A DNA stretch of 64,000 nucleotides from Acidiferrobacterales bacterium (lineage in GTDB: Bacteria > Pseudomonadota > Gammaproteobacteria > Acidiferrobacterales > SPGG2), in the NCBI GenBank assembly GCA_046759385.1, contig JBHICC010000002.1, positions 19,431 through 83,430 on the forward strand. The letters run 5' to 3'. Each line of letters opens with the position of its first letter. Positions within the stretch are counted from its first letter, which is position 1. Under the pieces are notes generated by a model. That model worked only from the letters and a program-made list of their open reading frames with translations, made no database searches and had not been told where the DNA came from. Made by a program: the position numbers and the translations under genes. This document shows, one piece after another, positions 10,060 through 21,383 of the stretch.

Positions 10060-10614
10060 TCAGATCGACATCCCCTTGCGGCGAATTTTCTCGTAAAGTT
10101 CGCGGTTCAGCTCCCGGCTATCGCCACCGCCGAATATCAGTGCCCCGGAGGAGTAACTTTTCCCATAAGTAGCAGTAAGGTTGACGGTCTGTGCGAGTCC
10201 CGAGACGAACTGATCGTCGGTCAGGGGGCTTAGTGGATGGATATAAGCACTCCAGAGGGTCCCGCGCGCGATCGCATAGCGAGCATCGAGCGCACTATCG
10301 AAATTGGCCTGCATCATGCGAGCCAGGTCCGCCTCACTCAAGCCAGAAGAGGCCGCGACTGGCACTATGACTCGCATCCGATCCGCGCGTTCGTCCGTAA
10401 TCACTAATACCTGATAGCCTTCCAGCTTGAAGCGCCAAAATCCGGGTTCGCCGGACACATCCTCGGCCACTTTCTCTATCAGCTCGCCCAGTCTCGCGTT
10501 GTTCATTTTCTCGTCCTTTGTGAGAACCGTCTTTGTACGGGAAGACATGCTGGGCGTGATACTGAGGCCGCTGCAAAGCAGTACACTCATGAGGACAGTC
10601 GCGTATCGATGCAT
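10060..10614 (-). CDS. hypothetical exported protein
   Basis: The ORF track starts at 10767, but the internal ATG at 10614 gives a signal-peptide-like N-terminus (MHRYATVLMSVLLCSGLSITPS). The mature part (WRFKLEGYQVLVITDERADRMRVIV) loosely recalls YbjN/chaperone-like folds; this is unverified. Confidence 0.5.
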   Translation of the reverse strand: MHRYATVLMSVLLCSGLSITPSMSSRTKTVLTKDEKMNNARLGELIEKVAEDVSGEPGFWRFKLEGYQVLVITDERADRMRVIVPVAASSGLSEADLARMMQANFDSALDARYAIARGTLWSAYIHPLSPLTDDQFVSGLAQTVNLTATYGKSYSSGALIFGGGDSRELNRELYEKIRRKGMSI

Positions 10615-10796
10615 GATTCGGCTCCTGTTTTGTCTTTGAACACAACCTCGGTCCTGCGGTGAAGTCAGCAGGATCCACTTGGTGGCAGGGTGCTTTGCTA
10701 TGATGCGCTCGCATATGACTTTAGTCTCCTCAGGCAGGAAGCGGGTTCCCCCGTCCGAGCATACCAAGGTTGTGCGACTGCAGCAGGGTTTGATGG

Positions 10797-10824
10797 CTTG
10801 AATCTACTACAGACACCCTTATCT
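10797..10824 (+). promoter_or_regulatory. candidate sigma32 (heat-shock) promoter of lon
   Basis: CTTGAAT-N12-CCCTTATCT compared with the remembered consensus CTTGAA-N13-17-CCCCATNT. It ends about 40 nt upstream of the lon ATG. lon is sigma32-dependent in E. coli. Confidence 0.4.
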
Positions 10825-10865
10825 TGGTTGTTGGCGGAAGGCTGGGGCGTTTCTTGAGGTCTATC

Positions 10866-13310
10866 ATGACGGAACGGGAAACCATAGAAAAGAACGGTGT
10901 GGGTACGAAGCCCGCACAGACTGGCGAGCTTCTTGCGGGATCGCGTACAGCACTTGCGCGGCCCAGTGAGGTTCTGCCGGGCGTTATTCATGTGCTGCCG
11001 CTGACTAACCGGCCGTTCTTTCCTGGCCAAATGCTGCCTCTGGTCATCGACCAAGAGCCGTGGCAACGCACGGTCGAGGCAGTAGTCGAGTCTGGGAACA
11101 AAGTCATGGGACTCGTGCTTGTCCGCAAAGATAATCCAACCGAAGCGCAACCGAAAGATTTCTATTCGATGGGAACGGCGAGTCGCGTGCACAAAGTTGT
11201 GCAGGCCGAAGGCAAGTTGCAGATCTACGTTGAAGGACTGCAACGGTTTCGAATCGACGACTGGATTTCCACAGAGCGCCCGCTCGCGGTGCGTGCGCAA
11301 TATTTCCCCGAGACCAGTTACAAGGATGTCACCGAGCTCAAGGCTTACACAGTTGCGGTGATTAACACGATCAAGGAGCTACTGCCCCTCAACCCCCTGT
11401 ACGGTGAGGAGCTGAAATTCTTCTTAAACCGTTTCGGCCCCGACGAGCCGTCGCGCCTCGCGGATTTTGCCGCTAGCCTCACGACGTCAAGCAAGCAACA
11501 GTTGCAGAGTGTGCTCGAGACCACGCACATTCTGGATCGATTGGAAAAGGTGCTGCTGCTGCTAAAGAATGAAGTCGAGGTCGCAAAAGCGCAAATGCGT
11601 ATACAGAAACAAGTGGAAGAAAGCGTGGAGACGCGCCAACGCGAATTCTTTCTGCGCGAGCAGCTTAAGGCGATTCAGCACGAGTTGGGCATTGCTAAGG
11701 ATGACCGCACGGCTGAGCTCGATCGTTTCCGCGCACGCCTGAAAGATCGTGCGCTTCCGGATGAGGCCAAGAAACGCATCGACGACGAGATGCAAAAGAT
11801 GTCAATACTCGAGGTGGGGTCGCCCGAATATTCGGTGACCCGCAACTACCTCGACTGGCTAACGTTGCTTCCTTGGGGGACGTACTCGCAAGACAATTTC
11901 GATTTGGAGCACGCGCGGGCTGTACTTGACCGCGACCACGATGGTCTCGCGGACGTAAAGGACCGGATTATCGAGTTTCTTGGCGTCGGAAAGATGAGGG
12001 GCGACGTGGCCGGGTCAATCCTCTTGCTCGTCGGGCCGCCAGGCGTCGGCAAAACCTCCGTAGGTCGCTCAGTGGCGGCGGCTTTGGGTCGAAAGTTCTA
12101 CCGCTTTTCGCTCGGTGGCATGCGCGATGAGGCAGAGATCAAAGGACACCGACGTACCTACATCGGCGCCATGCCAGGAAAATTCATTCAGGCAATCAAG
12201 GAGGTCGGCATCGCTAATCCGGTGATCATGCTTGACGAAATCGACAAAGTCGGGGCCTCGTATCGCGGCGATCCGGCGTCGGCGCTACTCGAGGTGCTCG
12301 ACCCCGAACAAAACCAGGATTTTCTCGATCACTACCTAGACGTGCGCTTCGATCTGTCCAAGGTCCTCTTTATTAGTACCGCCAACCAGCTCGACACCAT
12401 ACCTGCTCCGCTGCTGGACCGCATGGAAGTCATAAGGCTCGGTGGTTACATCACCAGCGAGAAGGTTGACATTGCACACCACCACTTGATTCCGCGGCAA
12501 TTAGAGAAAGTCGGCCTAAAGCGGAGTCAGCTTCGGATAGCGCGCAGCGCGATTCGCGAGATTATCGAGCGATATGCGCGCGAGGCGGGTGTGCGCAACC
12601 TCGAAAAGCGTATTGGCGCCATCGCCCGCAAGGCTGTCGTAAGCATACTGAACGGCGCCAAGACACCGATAAAGGTGCGCGCGAGCGATCTCGAGGACTA
12701 CCTTGGTAAGCCGGTATTCCGTCCGGAAAAGCCAATGAGCGGCGTGGGCGTCGTCACTGGGCTTGCATGGACGCCACTCGGTGGGGCGACGTTGGACGTC
12801 GAAGCCACTCGCGTACACGCGTATACACGCGGCTTCAAGCTCACAGGCCAACTGGGCGAGGTGATGCGTGAATCGGCCGAGATTGCTTACAGCTACATAT
12901 CGTCCCACAGCGAGACTTACGGCGCGCCTGCGGATTATTTCGAGCGGGCCTTCATTCACTTGCATGTACCGGCCGGCGCGACGCCGAAGGACGGGCCGAG
13001 TGCAGGCATCACGATGGCCACGGCGCTACTATCACTCGCGCGCGGACGCAAGATCACGCGGCCGTTGGGCATGACTGGCGAGCTGACCTTGACCGGGCAC
13101 GTGTTGCCTGTGGGTGGGATACGCGAGAAGGTGATCGCGGCTCGGCGCACGCGGATCACCGAGCTGATCTTGCCCGAGGCCAACCGCGGCGATTTCGAGG
13201 AGCTGCCAGATCATATACGTGTCGGGCTGACAGCGCGCTTTGTCAGTCACTACAAAGATGTCGTGGACATCGTCTATCCGGAGCCCACACTGCAAATGGC
13301 AAAGCCCTAA
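10866..13310 (+). CDS. lon: ATP-dependent Lon protease
   Basis: N-terminal LON substrate-binding domain (LPLTNRPFFPG), Walker A GPPGVGKTS, Walker B IMLDEIDK, and protease serine motif PKDGPSAG. The start is taken at ATG 10866 (MTERE); the ORF track begins at 10824. Confidence 0.9.
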   Translation: MTERETIEKNGVGTKPAQTGELLAGSRTALARPSEVLPGVIHVLPLTNRPFFPGQMLPLVIDQEPWQRTVEAVVESGNKVMGLVLVRKDNPTEAQPKDFYSMGTASRVHKVVQAEGKLQIYVEGLQRFRIDDWISTERPLAVRAQYFPETSYKDVTELKAYTVAVINTIKELLPLNPLYGEELKFFLNRFGPDEPSRLADFAASLTTSSKQQLQSVLETTHILDRLEKVLLLLKNEVEVAKAQMRIQKQVEESVETRQREFFLREQLKAIQHELGIAKDDRTAELDRFRARLKDRALPDEAKKRIDDEMQKMSILEVGSPEYSVTRNYLDWLTLLPWGTYSQDNFDLEHARAVLDRDHDGLADVKDRIIEFLGVGKMRGDVAGSILLLVGPPGVGKTSVGRSVAAALGRKFYRFSLGGMRDEAEIKGHRRTYIGAMPGKFIQAIKEVGIANPVIMLDEIDKVGASYRGDPASALLEVLDPEQNQDFLDHYLDVRFDLSKVLFISTANQLDTIPAPLLDRMEVIRLGGYITSEKVDIAHHHLIPRQLEKVGLKRSQLRIARSAIREIIERYAREAGVRNLEKRIGAIARKAVVSILNGAKTPIKVRASDLEDYLGKPVFRPEKPMSGVGVVTGLAWTPLGGATLDVEATRVHAYTRGFKLTGQLGEVMRESAEIAYSYISSHSETYGAPADYFERAFIHLHVPAGATPKDGPSAGITMATALLSLARGRKITRPLGMTGELTLTGHVLPVGGIREKVIAARRTRITELILPEANRGDFEELPDHIRVGLTARFVSHYKDVVDIVYPEPTLQMAKP

Positions 13311-13453
13311 GCAACGTAAAGACAAAGGCTTGCTTATTGACTCACGAGGCCTCTGGCTGCTCATTGCTCCTCGCTAGGCGCAGCTCCTTGGCTAGAATTC
13401 ATACTGGGGGGCGCAAAACGTGTAGGTAACGAGGTTTCGACAGTGGGCGAGCA

Positions 13454-14539
13454 ATGAGCGCGAGGGTGCTGGTCTTGGGAAGCGATACAGCCGCGAGCCG
13501 GTGCATTAGCGCGGCGCTCGCTTCGGACCCATCGATCGAGTGTGTCATCGGTGGCCATCGCGTTGGCGCGCTATGCGCCTACGCAGAGGAGATTGGCGCC
13601 GAAGTAAGGGCGATCAATCTGTCGGATCAGGCCTCGCTACGCCAAGCTTTGGACGGCATTTTTGCCGTCGTAAACACACTGCCTGCACATACGCTCGGCG
13701 GCTACGAAGTTGCCGGTCAATGTGCCAGAACGGCTGTGCACTACATAGATCTGGCAGGTAATCCGGCGCATGTCGCTGGCATCACGGCGTTCCGGCGCAA
13801 GGCTGAATCCGCTGCTTGTCTGTTGGTCAGCGGCGCCACCGCCGTTCCGGCGGTTTCGGGTGTACTCGTTGACCTGTTGGCTCAAGAGTTCGAGCGCCTC
13901 AAAGCGATTCACATCGCGATCTTGCCGGCCGACGACGGTCGGTCGTGGCTGGACACCGTGCGTGCCGTTGCACCCAGGGCCGGCCAGCCGCTGCGCGTCA
14001 AGCAAGAAAACCTTTGGCGGGACAGCTACTTTTGGTCGGAACCTGGAGAAGTACTTTTCCCGGCCCCGTTCGGTCGCCGCCGTGTCTATCTGTGTGATGT
14101 ACCCGATCTGCGTTTATTCCCGAGTCGCTATGCCGCCGAAACGGTGACCTTTCGGGTGGGTTTGCAAAGCGCTTTCGCCAATCGCGTGCTCTCGGCCATG
14201 GCCCGCTTCCGCCACCGAAAGCACAGTGCTGACCCGGCACACCAAAGCGTAGAAGCCGATCCGCGCGACGGTCTTCAGCGTTTGCTGGATCGGACCGCCG
14301 CTGTGCACGTCCGGGTGCAGGGACTCTGCGATGGTTTAGAGACGACGCGCATGGCCTGTCTGGTCAACCGTAGCGGTTTGGCGCCAGTGATTTCCTGCAG
14401 CCCGGCCATCGCCCTGATAAAACACTGGGTGCGACGCGGCGTCAGCGGCGCGGGCGCCGTACCGTGTCTTGGATTGCTAAATCTCGAGGCGCTGAAGGCT
14501 GGCCTGCTCGAGCACGACATTGTGCTAGTCCGGAGTTAG
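13454..14539 (+). CDS. saccharopine dehydrogenase-like NAD(P)-binding domain protein
   Basis: 361 aa with an N-terminal Rossmann-like strand VLVLGSDTAAS and overall resemblance to Sacchrp_dh_NADP proteins. Assigned from memory only. Confidence 0.5.
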   Translation: MSARVLVLGSDTAASRCISAALASDPSIECVIGGHRVGALCAYAEEIGAEVRAINLSDQASLRQALDGIFAVVNTLPAHTLGGYEVAGQCARTAVHYIDLAGNPAHVAGITAFRRKAESAACLLVSGATAVPAVSGVLVDLLAQEFERLKAIHIAILPADDGRSWLDTVRAVAPRAGQPLRVKQENLWRDSYFWSEPGEVLFPAPFGRRRVYLCDVPDLRLFPSRYAAETVTFRVGLQSAFANRVLSAMARFRHRKHSADPAHQSVEADPRDGLQRLLDRTAAVHVRVQGLCDGLETTRMACLVNRSGLAPVISCSPAIALIKHWVRRGVSGAGAVPCLGLLNLEALKAGLLEHDIVLVRS

Positions 14540-14627
14540 CGCTCCGCACATATTGGTCAACCTCCGTGACCAAGGTGCGGTAGAATCCCGTCGTTGTTCA
14601 ATCCCTGGGTGCCACGGTCGCACGAAG

Positions 14628-14792
14628 ATGCGCACAGTTAGAGTTGCTTCAGTGATCTTGGTTGTGTGTCTGCTGGTGATGTCAGTGGCCGGGCTCGCTG
14701 GTTGCGGCAACAAGGGGCCCCTCTATCTTCCCGAGAAGAGCGACCAGCAAACCGATCAGACGCAGGGCAAAAAGCAGCCCAAGAAACAGTAA
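14628..14792 (+). CDS. lptM: small lipoprotein LptM (YifL)-like
   Basis: The internal ATG at 14628 gives MRTVRVASVILVVCLLVMSVAGLAGCGNKGPLYLP. This has a lipobox (LAGC) and the GxKGPLYLP motif. It lies directly upstream of lysA/dapF, as yifL does in E. coli. Confidence 0.75.
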   Translation: MRTVRVASVILVVCLLVMSVAGLAGCGNKGPLYLPEKSDQQTDQTQGKKQPKKQ

Positions 14793-14810
14793 TTCCTCAC
14801 TTCGGTTCCC

Positions 14811-16076
14811 ATGGATTGTTTCACCTATCGTAGCGGGCAGCTTTTTGCCGAAAACGCGCCGCTGGCTACCATCGCCGAGCAGGTCGGTACCCCCTGTTAC
14901 GTCTACTCTCGCCGAATGATCGAGGACCAATATCGCGCATTCGATGATGCTTTCGACGCGCATCCCCATCTGGTCTGCTACGCGGTCAAAGCGAATTCCA
15001 ATTTGGCTATCCTCAATATTTTGGCACGACAGGGATCAGGATTTGACATTGTGTCGGGCGGCGAGCTTGAACGCGTGTTACGGGCAGGTGGTGATCCGTC
15101 CACGACCGTATTCTCCGGTGTGGGAAAGTCCGATGCTGAGATCCGGCGGGCCCTAGAGGTCGGCATTCACTCGTTTAACGTCGAATCGGATAGCGAGCTT
15201 TCACGATTGGACGTACTCGCCGGCGAATTTGGCAAGCCCGTATCTATAGCAGTTCGCGTGAATCCGGATGTGGATCCGAACACTCACCCCTATATCGCGA
15301 CCGGGCTGAAGCAAAACAAGTTCGGTGTGCCGATCGGCCAAGCGGCGGCGTTGTACACCCGGGCTCAGGGACTGCGTAACGTTAATGTCACTGGTGTGGC
15401 TTGTCACATCGGTTCGCAGCTCCTCGAATTAGCCCCCTTTCTGGATGCCGTTGGGCGGGTATTGGGCCTGGTGGAGCAGCTCCGCCGTAACGGCTTCGCG
15501 CTCGACACCTTGGACCTCGGAGGTGGCCTGGGGATTCGCTACCGGGCCGAGCGCCCACCTCGGCCGGACGAGTATGTCAGGGTGTTGCTCGAGGCGCTGG
15601 ATGCGTGTGGCGAACATGGGCGCGATCTGCGCATTATGATTGAGCCCGGACGAGCGCTGGTCGGGCAAGCGGGGCTGTTGCTCACGCGCGTGCAATACCT
15701 GAAGCACGGGGAAGCCAAGAATTTCGCTATGGTTGACATGGCAATGACCGAGCTGCTGCGCCCTGCGCTGTATCAAGCCTGGCATGAAGTCACGCCAGTG
15801 TACGATGAGGCGGATCGGCATACGGCGGTATATGACGTGGTCGGCCCCGTGTGCGAAAGCGCGGACTTTCTCGCGCGCGATCGCGAACTCGCGATTGCGC
15901 CAGGTGATCTCCTCGCTATACGCTCCGCCGGTGCTTACGCGGCGTCTATGGGCTCACGCTACAACACGCGCCCACTTGCCGCTGAGGTAATGGTCGACGG
16001 CGATGCAATCCATATCGTACGTCGGCGCGAGACGATCGATGAGATGCTGGCGACAGAATCAATGCTGCCTGAATAG
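14811..16076 (+). CDS. lysA: diaminopimelate decarboxylase
   Basis: 421 aa with the PLP-Lys region YAVKANSNLAILN, GGGLGIRY, and the EPGRALVG and CESAD motifs. Confidence 0.95.
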   Translation: MDCFTYRSGQLFAENAPLATIAEQVGTPCYVYSRRMIEDQYRAFDDAFDAHPHLVCYAVKANSNLAILNILARQGSGFDIVSGGELERVLRAGGDPSTTVFSGVGKSDAEIRRALEVGIHSFNVESDSELSRLDVLAGEFGKPVSIAVRVNPDVDPNTHPYIATGLKQNKFGVPIGQAAALYTRAQGLRNVNVTGVACHIGSQLLELAPFLDAVGRVLGLVEQLRRNGFALDTLDLGGGLGIRYRAERPPRPDEYVRVLLEALDACGEHGRDLRIMIEPGRALVGQAGLLLTRVQYLKHGEAKNFAMVDMAMTELLRPALYQAWHEVTPVYDEADRHTAVYDVVGPVCESADFLARDRELAIAPGDLLAIRSAGAYAASMGSRYNTRPLAAEVMVDGDAIHIVRRRETIDEMLATESMLPE

Positions 16077-16275
16077 GAAAAGCGCAACGCAAAGACGCAC
16101 GACTCCATGCGGCCTACAGAGATGTAGGGAGGTACGACTCCAGGGATGGAGCACGACTACACGGAAGTAGGAAGTAGGGTAACGCCGGGAGCGGTTGCCG
16201 AGTTGCCGAGACGCACCGGAGCGGCCTTTGCGTTGAGAAGGCCTCACTACCGCTACTCGACCGACAACTGACCTT

Positions 16276-16935
16276 ATGGAGCGTATTCCCGAACCTGAAC
16301 TCATGGACGATGCCGAACAGGCACGTGCCTATGCGACGGCGGATTTTTCCGAGCCACACCAGGCATTCGTCGAGCATTTCAAGAGGTGTTTCCCCGAGCA
16401 GCAGCCTCAGAACGTGCTCGATCTCGGATGTGGCCCCGCTGACGTGACGATCCGATTTGCGCGGGCCTACCCAACGTGCCAGCTGACAGGTGTCGACGGC
16501 GCGGCGGCGATGCTGGAATTTGCACGCCAGGCGATACGAGCAGCTCGCCTGTCCTCGCGCATTCGTTTGCTCAACATGCGGCTGCCTGGCAACGTGAGCG
16601 GCCGCTTCGACACCGTGATCAGCAACAGCTTGTTGCACCACCTAGTAGATCCAAGCGTGTTGTGGCAGGCGCTAGCTACAAGTGCGGAGCGCGGTGCGGC
16701 CGCGTTTGTTATGGATCTACGACGGCCGGAGACGTGTGGCGCGGCTACCGGACTCGTCGAACAATACAGTGGTGATGAGCCGGATGTGCTTAAACGCGAT
16801 TTCTTCAACTCCCTGCTTGCCGCCTATCGCCCCGAGGAAATCCACGGCCAGCTCGGCAATGCTGGCCTAAACGACCGCTTGCGTGTCGATGTGGTCAGCG
16901 ACCGACATTTGATTGTTTGGGGTCACCTGCCCTGA
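16276..16935 (+). CDS. class I SAM-dependent methyltransferase
   Basis: 219 aa with SAM motif I VLDLGCGPA and post-I/II spacing typical of Methyltransf_25/11 proteins. Confidence 0.7.
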   Translation: MERIPEPELMDDAEQARAYATADFSEPHQAFVEHFKRCFPEQQPQNVLDLGCGPADVTIRFARAYPTCQLTGVDGAAAMLEFARQAIRAARLSSRIRLLNMRLPGNVSGRFDTVISNSLLHHLVDPSVLWQALATSAERGAAAFVMDLRRPETCGAATGLVEQYSGDEPDVLKRDFFNSLLAAYRPEEIHGQLGNAGLNDRLRVDVVSDRHLIVWGHLP

Positions 16936-17009
16936 ACGCGAGCTCATACCCGTCAGCGGGCTCGGGCGGGCCAGTTTGCTTGTTCTAGGCGACAGGGTAA
17001 TCTTCGGTT

Positions 17010-17849
17010 ATGCTGATTCCATTCACGAAAATGCAGGGAGCAGGCAACGATTTCGTGGTGTTCGACGCTGTCAGTCAACGCGTCGATCTGACGCCTGAGC
17101 GAGTTCGGCGCATCGCCCGGCGACGACTCGGCGTCGGATGTGATCAGGTGCTGGTTGTGGCGCCCACTGATCGGTCAGACGCCGATTTTCGGGTGGCGAT
17201 CTACAACGCCGACGGCAGCCAGGCCGAACATTGCGGCAACGGCCTGCGCTGCATTGCACGTTTTGTGCGCGACCGCGGGCTCAGCGGCAAGGATGCCGTT
17301 ACAATGGCTACACTCGCGGGCATGATCCAGCCGCGCATAGAAACGGATGGACAGGTAACGATTGATATGGGCGTCCCTGAGTTCGATCCAGCCAAGGTGC
17401 CTTTCGAGGCGGATACGCAACAGCTCGTCTATGATCTGGACATAGGAGGCGAATCGATAGCGGTGAGCGTCCTGTCCTTGGGCAATCCGCACGCTGTTCA
17501 GCTTGTCGATGAGCTGGATGACAGCCTGGTCGCTCAGCAGGGACCGTTGATCGAGAACCACCCGCGTTTCCCCAATCGGGTCAATGTTGGATTCATGAAG
17601 ATCTTGAATCCGCGGCGCCTCCGGCTGCGCGTCCATGAGCGCGGCGTGGGTGAGACCTTGGCCTGTGGCAGCGGCGCGACAGCCGCGGTCGTCGCCGGCT
17701 GCTGGCGCGAGCTACTGGAGACGAGGGTGGACGTGGACGTGCCGGGTGGGAGTTTAACGGTTTCATGGGCTGGGGAAGGCCAGCCGGCCTATCTAAAGGG
17801 GCCCGCAGTCGCCACGTTTGAAGGCAACATCGATTTAGACCGCCTATGA
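17010..17849 (+). CDS. dapF: diaminopimelate epimerase
   Basis: FTKMQGAGNDFVV N-terminus and both catalytic Cys motifs (EHCGNG, ETLACGSGA). Confidence 0.95.
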   Translation: MLIPFTKMQGAGNDFVVFDAVSQRVDLTPERVRRIARRRLGVGCDQVLVVAPTDRSDADFRVAIYNADGSQAEHCGNGLRCIARFVRDRGLSGKDAVTMATLAGMIQPRIETDGQVTIDMGVPEFDPAKVPFEADTQQLVYDLDIGGESIAVSVLSLGNPHAVQLVDELDDSLVAQQGPLIENHPRFPNRVNVGFMKILNPRRLRLRVHERGVGETLACGSGATAAVVAGCWRELLETRVDVDVPGGSLTVSWAGEGQPAYLKGPAVATFEGNIDLDRL

Positions 17850-18550
17850 GTCGCAAGCTAACGAGCGGCGAACAACAAAATGAGCTGACCTGGGAGGAGG
17901 CGGTCGGCCGGTATCTCGAAGATAACCCTGACTACTTCCTCCGTCACGGCGACGTCCTCGCCAGCTTGCAGATCCCGCACCCGGAGACCGGCGACGCAAT
18001 CTCACTGGTCGAACGCCAATTGCAAGCCCTGCGTGACCAAAACCACCGGCTGCAGCAGCAGCTGCGTGAGCTTGTGGCGATCGCCCGTGAAAACGACGTC
18101 CTCGGCGAGCGCCTGCATCACTTTGCGCAGGCCATGATCGACGCGGCTTCAATTGACGATGCCCTAAATACAGCGCAGGATCTGTTGCGGCAGGAGTTTA
18201 AGCTCGATCAGGTCGTGATCCGATTTCTCGGCAATGCCCCCGGCACGGCCGGTCGCCCGGAGTTCACGGACGCCGATGATCACCAGCTTAAGTCGCTTCT
18301 GAAGCAGTTTGTCGGCGGTCGTCCCATCTGCGGTGGGAAATATGACGACCGAATGATGGTATCCCTGTTTGGAACGGGAGCGGCCGAGATCAAATCCACA
18401 GCCATGATCGCGCTCGGCGGAGAGATCCCGCGCGGTGTACTGTGCCTGGGGAGCCGCGACCCACATCGTTTTCACCCCGACATGGGAACCGTATACCTCG
18501 TGCGGCTTGGGGAACTGCTAATGCGTGGAGCGGCGAAGTATCTGCGCTGA
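17846..18550 (+). CDS. DUF484 (YigA) family protein
   Basis: 234 aa with N-terminal V..YL..NPDFF, a coiled-coil and a GAF-like C-terminus. It has the canonical position between dapF and xerC. ATGA overlap with dapF. Confidence 0.75.
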   Translation: MSRKLTSGEQQNELTWEEAVGRYLEDNPDYFLRHGDVLASLQIPHPETGDAISLVERQLQALRDQNHRLQQQLRELVAIARENDVLGERLHHFAQAMIDAASIDDALNTAQDLLRQEFKLDQVVIRFLGNAPGTAGRPEFTDADDHQLKSLLKQFVGGRPICGGKYDDRMMVSLFGTGAAEIKSTAMIALGGEIPRGVLCLGSRDPHRFHPDMGTVYLVRLGELLMRGAAKYLR

Positions 18551-18564
18551 CCCCCGCTGTTGCC

Positions 18565-19497
<933 letters not shown>

Positions 19498-19666
19498 GCA
19501 AAAAAATAGCGGCCGGTTTGGGGTCGTGAGAACGCTGTGCTACACTGAAAAAACCTCTTAATTCTGGTGTACGGGGTGTACAGCTTCCCAATCTAGTTAA
19601 AGCAAGAACACGAAATGCTAGATATCAACACGAATAAACCGACATGGTCGGTGCAAAGGGAATTGC

Positions 19667-20596
19667 ATGGCCATTGCCTCTAACTACAGGCAACGCACTC
19701 TAAAGAATTTCATTACGGCGACCGGGGTTGGGCTCCACACCGGGGAGAAGGTGTACATCACCTTACGCCCCGCGCCCATCAACACGGGGATTGTCTTTCG
19801 TCGCAGTGATTTGGACGATCCCGTCGAAATCAAAGCACATCCGGACAGCGTCGGTGACACCAGCTTGTCGACGACCTTAGTCAAGGATGGCGTACGAATC
19901 TCGACGATAGAACACCTACTTTCGGCGCTCGCTGGGCTTGGCATTGACAATGCCTACATCGACGTCAGCGCGGCCGAGGTTCCGATCATGGACGGTAGCG
20001 CTGCGCCGTTCGTGTTCCTGATCCAGTCGGCCGGCATCACTGAGCAGGAAGCCTCCAAGCGATTCCTACGAATCAAGCGCACATTGCGAGTGAAAGAGGG
20101 GGACAAGTGGGCACGCTTCGATCCCTACGAGGGCTTCAAGGTTGCGTTCAGCATTGACTTCGACCACCCCGTTTTCAAAAGCAATTGTCGCAAAGCAGAG
20201 CTTGATTTTTCATCGACTTCTTTTCTGAAGGAGGTCAGCCGCGCACGCACCTTCGGCTTCATGCGGGATATCGAGCACCTCCACGAGAGCAACCTAGCAC
20301 TCGGTGGCAGCCTCGATAATGCAATCGTGCTCGACGACTATCGCGTGGTGAACGAAGACGGCCTGCGTTACGAGGACGAGTTCGTCAAACACAAGATTCT
20401 CGATGCGATTGGCGACCTCTATCTGCTGGGACATAGCCTTGTCGGCTCATTCAGCGGTCACAAGTCGGGGCATGCGTTAAACAACCGCCTGTTGCGCACG
20501 TTGCTCGCTAAGCAAGACGCCTGGGAGCTTGTTACCTATGACGACGCGCGCCCGGCGCCGATTCCCTATCTCCAGCCCGTCGAGACAACTGTCTAA
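19667..20596 (+). CDS. lpxC: UDP-3-O-acyl-N-acetylglucosamine deacetylase
   Basis: RQRTLKN...[12 protein letters not shown]-terminus, the [12 protein letters not shown] motif, and the HxxxxxL tail typical of LpxC. Confidence 0.95.
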   Translation: MAIASNYRQRTLKNFITATGVGLHTGEKVYITLRPAPINTGIVFRRSDLDDPVEIKAHPDSVGDTSLSTTLVKDGVRISTIEHLLSALAGLGIDNAYIDVSAAEVPIMDGSAAPFVFLIQSAGITEQEASKRFLRIKRTLRVKEGDKWARFDPYEGFKVAFSIDFDHPVFKSNCRKAELDFSSTSFLKEVSRARTFGFMRDIEHLHESNLALGGSLDNAIVLDDYRVVNEDGLRYEDEFVKHKILDAIGDLYLLGHSLVGSFSGHKSGHALNNRLLRTLLAKQDAWELVTYDDARPAPIPYLQPVETTV

Positions 20597-20611
20597 CGAC
20601 GCCTTGCGTCG
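20597..20611 (+). terminator. possible terminator after lpxC
   Basis: CGACGC-ctt-GCGTCG hairpin starting 1 nt after the lpxC stop, followed by T-rich ACTTACTGTTTGTACTTT. The stem is short and the U-tract is interrupted. Confidence 0.3.
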
Positions 20612-20700
20612 ACTTACTGTTTGTACTTTACCCCTGGCGCTAATCATGCCGCGCGCTCCTGTAGCGTGTACCATATCGAAGGCTGAGCACGTACACGACA

Positions 20701-21321
20701 ATGGCTAGGCAACGCAATCTGCGAGAACGAATTGTGGACGCTGCGCTTGAACTCGGCGAGGCGCGTTCGTGGGAGTCAGTGCGTTTGTACGACGTCGCCG
20801 CAACCTTGAACATCACCCTTGATGATATTCGCGCTCATTTCCGGGAGAAGGAAGACGTCGCCGAGGCCTGGTTCGATCGCGCGGATGCAGCCATGCTTGC
20901 GGACGCGGCCACGCCGGCGTTTCAAAATCTAGCACCACGCGAGCGGCTGCATCGCGCGATTATGACCTGGTTAGATGCGCTGACTCGGCACAAACGCGTT
21001 ACGCGCGAGATTATCTTCGGCAAGCTTGAGCCAGGCCACTTACACGTGCAGATTCCCGGGCTGTTGCGAATCAGTCGAACCGTGCAATGGTTCCGCGAAG
21101 CCGCCCATCGCGATGCTACCTTTTTGCAGCGGGCGCTCGAGGAAACCGGGGTCACGACAATGTATGTGGTGACGTTTTTCTATTGGATGCAAGATGACTC
21201 AGAAAATGCCGCCCGGACGAGAGAGTTCCTACAGCGCTTGCTAGGAGGCGCTGAAACTCTGTCCCGCTGGGTGTACGACAAAGGGTCGTCGACCGGGCCC
21301 AGCACCCGAGCAAACGCGTAG
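20701..21321 (+). CDS. TetR/AcrR-family transcriptional regulator
   Basis: 206 aa with an N-terminal HTH (SWESVRLYDVAATLNITLDDIRAHF). Confidence 0.8.
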   Translation: MARQRNLRERIVDAALELGEARSWESVRLYDVAATLNITLDDIRAHFREKEDVAEAWFDRADAAMLADAATPAFQNLAPRERLHRAIMTWLDALTRHKRVTREIIFGKLEPGHLHVQIPGLLRISRTVQWFREAAHRDATFLQRALEETGVTTMYVVTFFYWMQDDSENAARTREFLQRLLGGAETLSRWVYDKGSSTGPSTRANA

Positions 21322-21383
21322 CGTTTATCGGCAGGCGGGTCCCGAGACTTGAGTCCAGGTTGCGGGAGACAGCAGCGAAGTTT

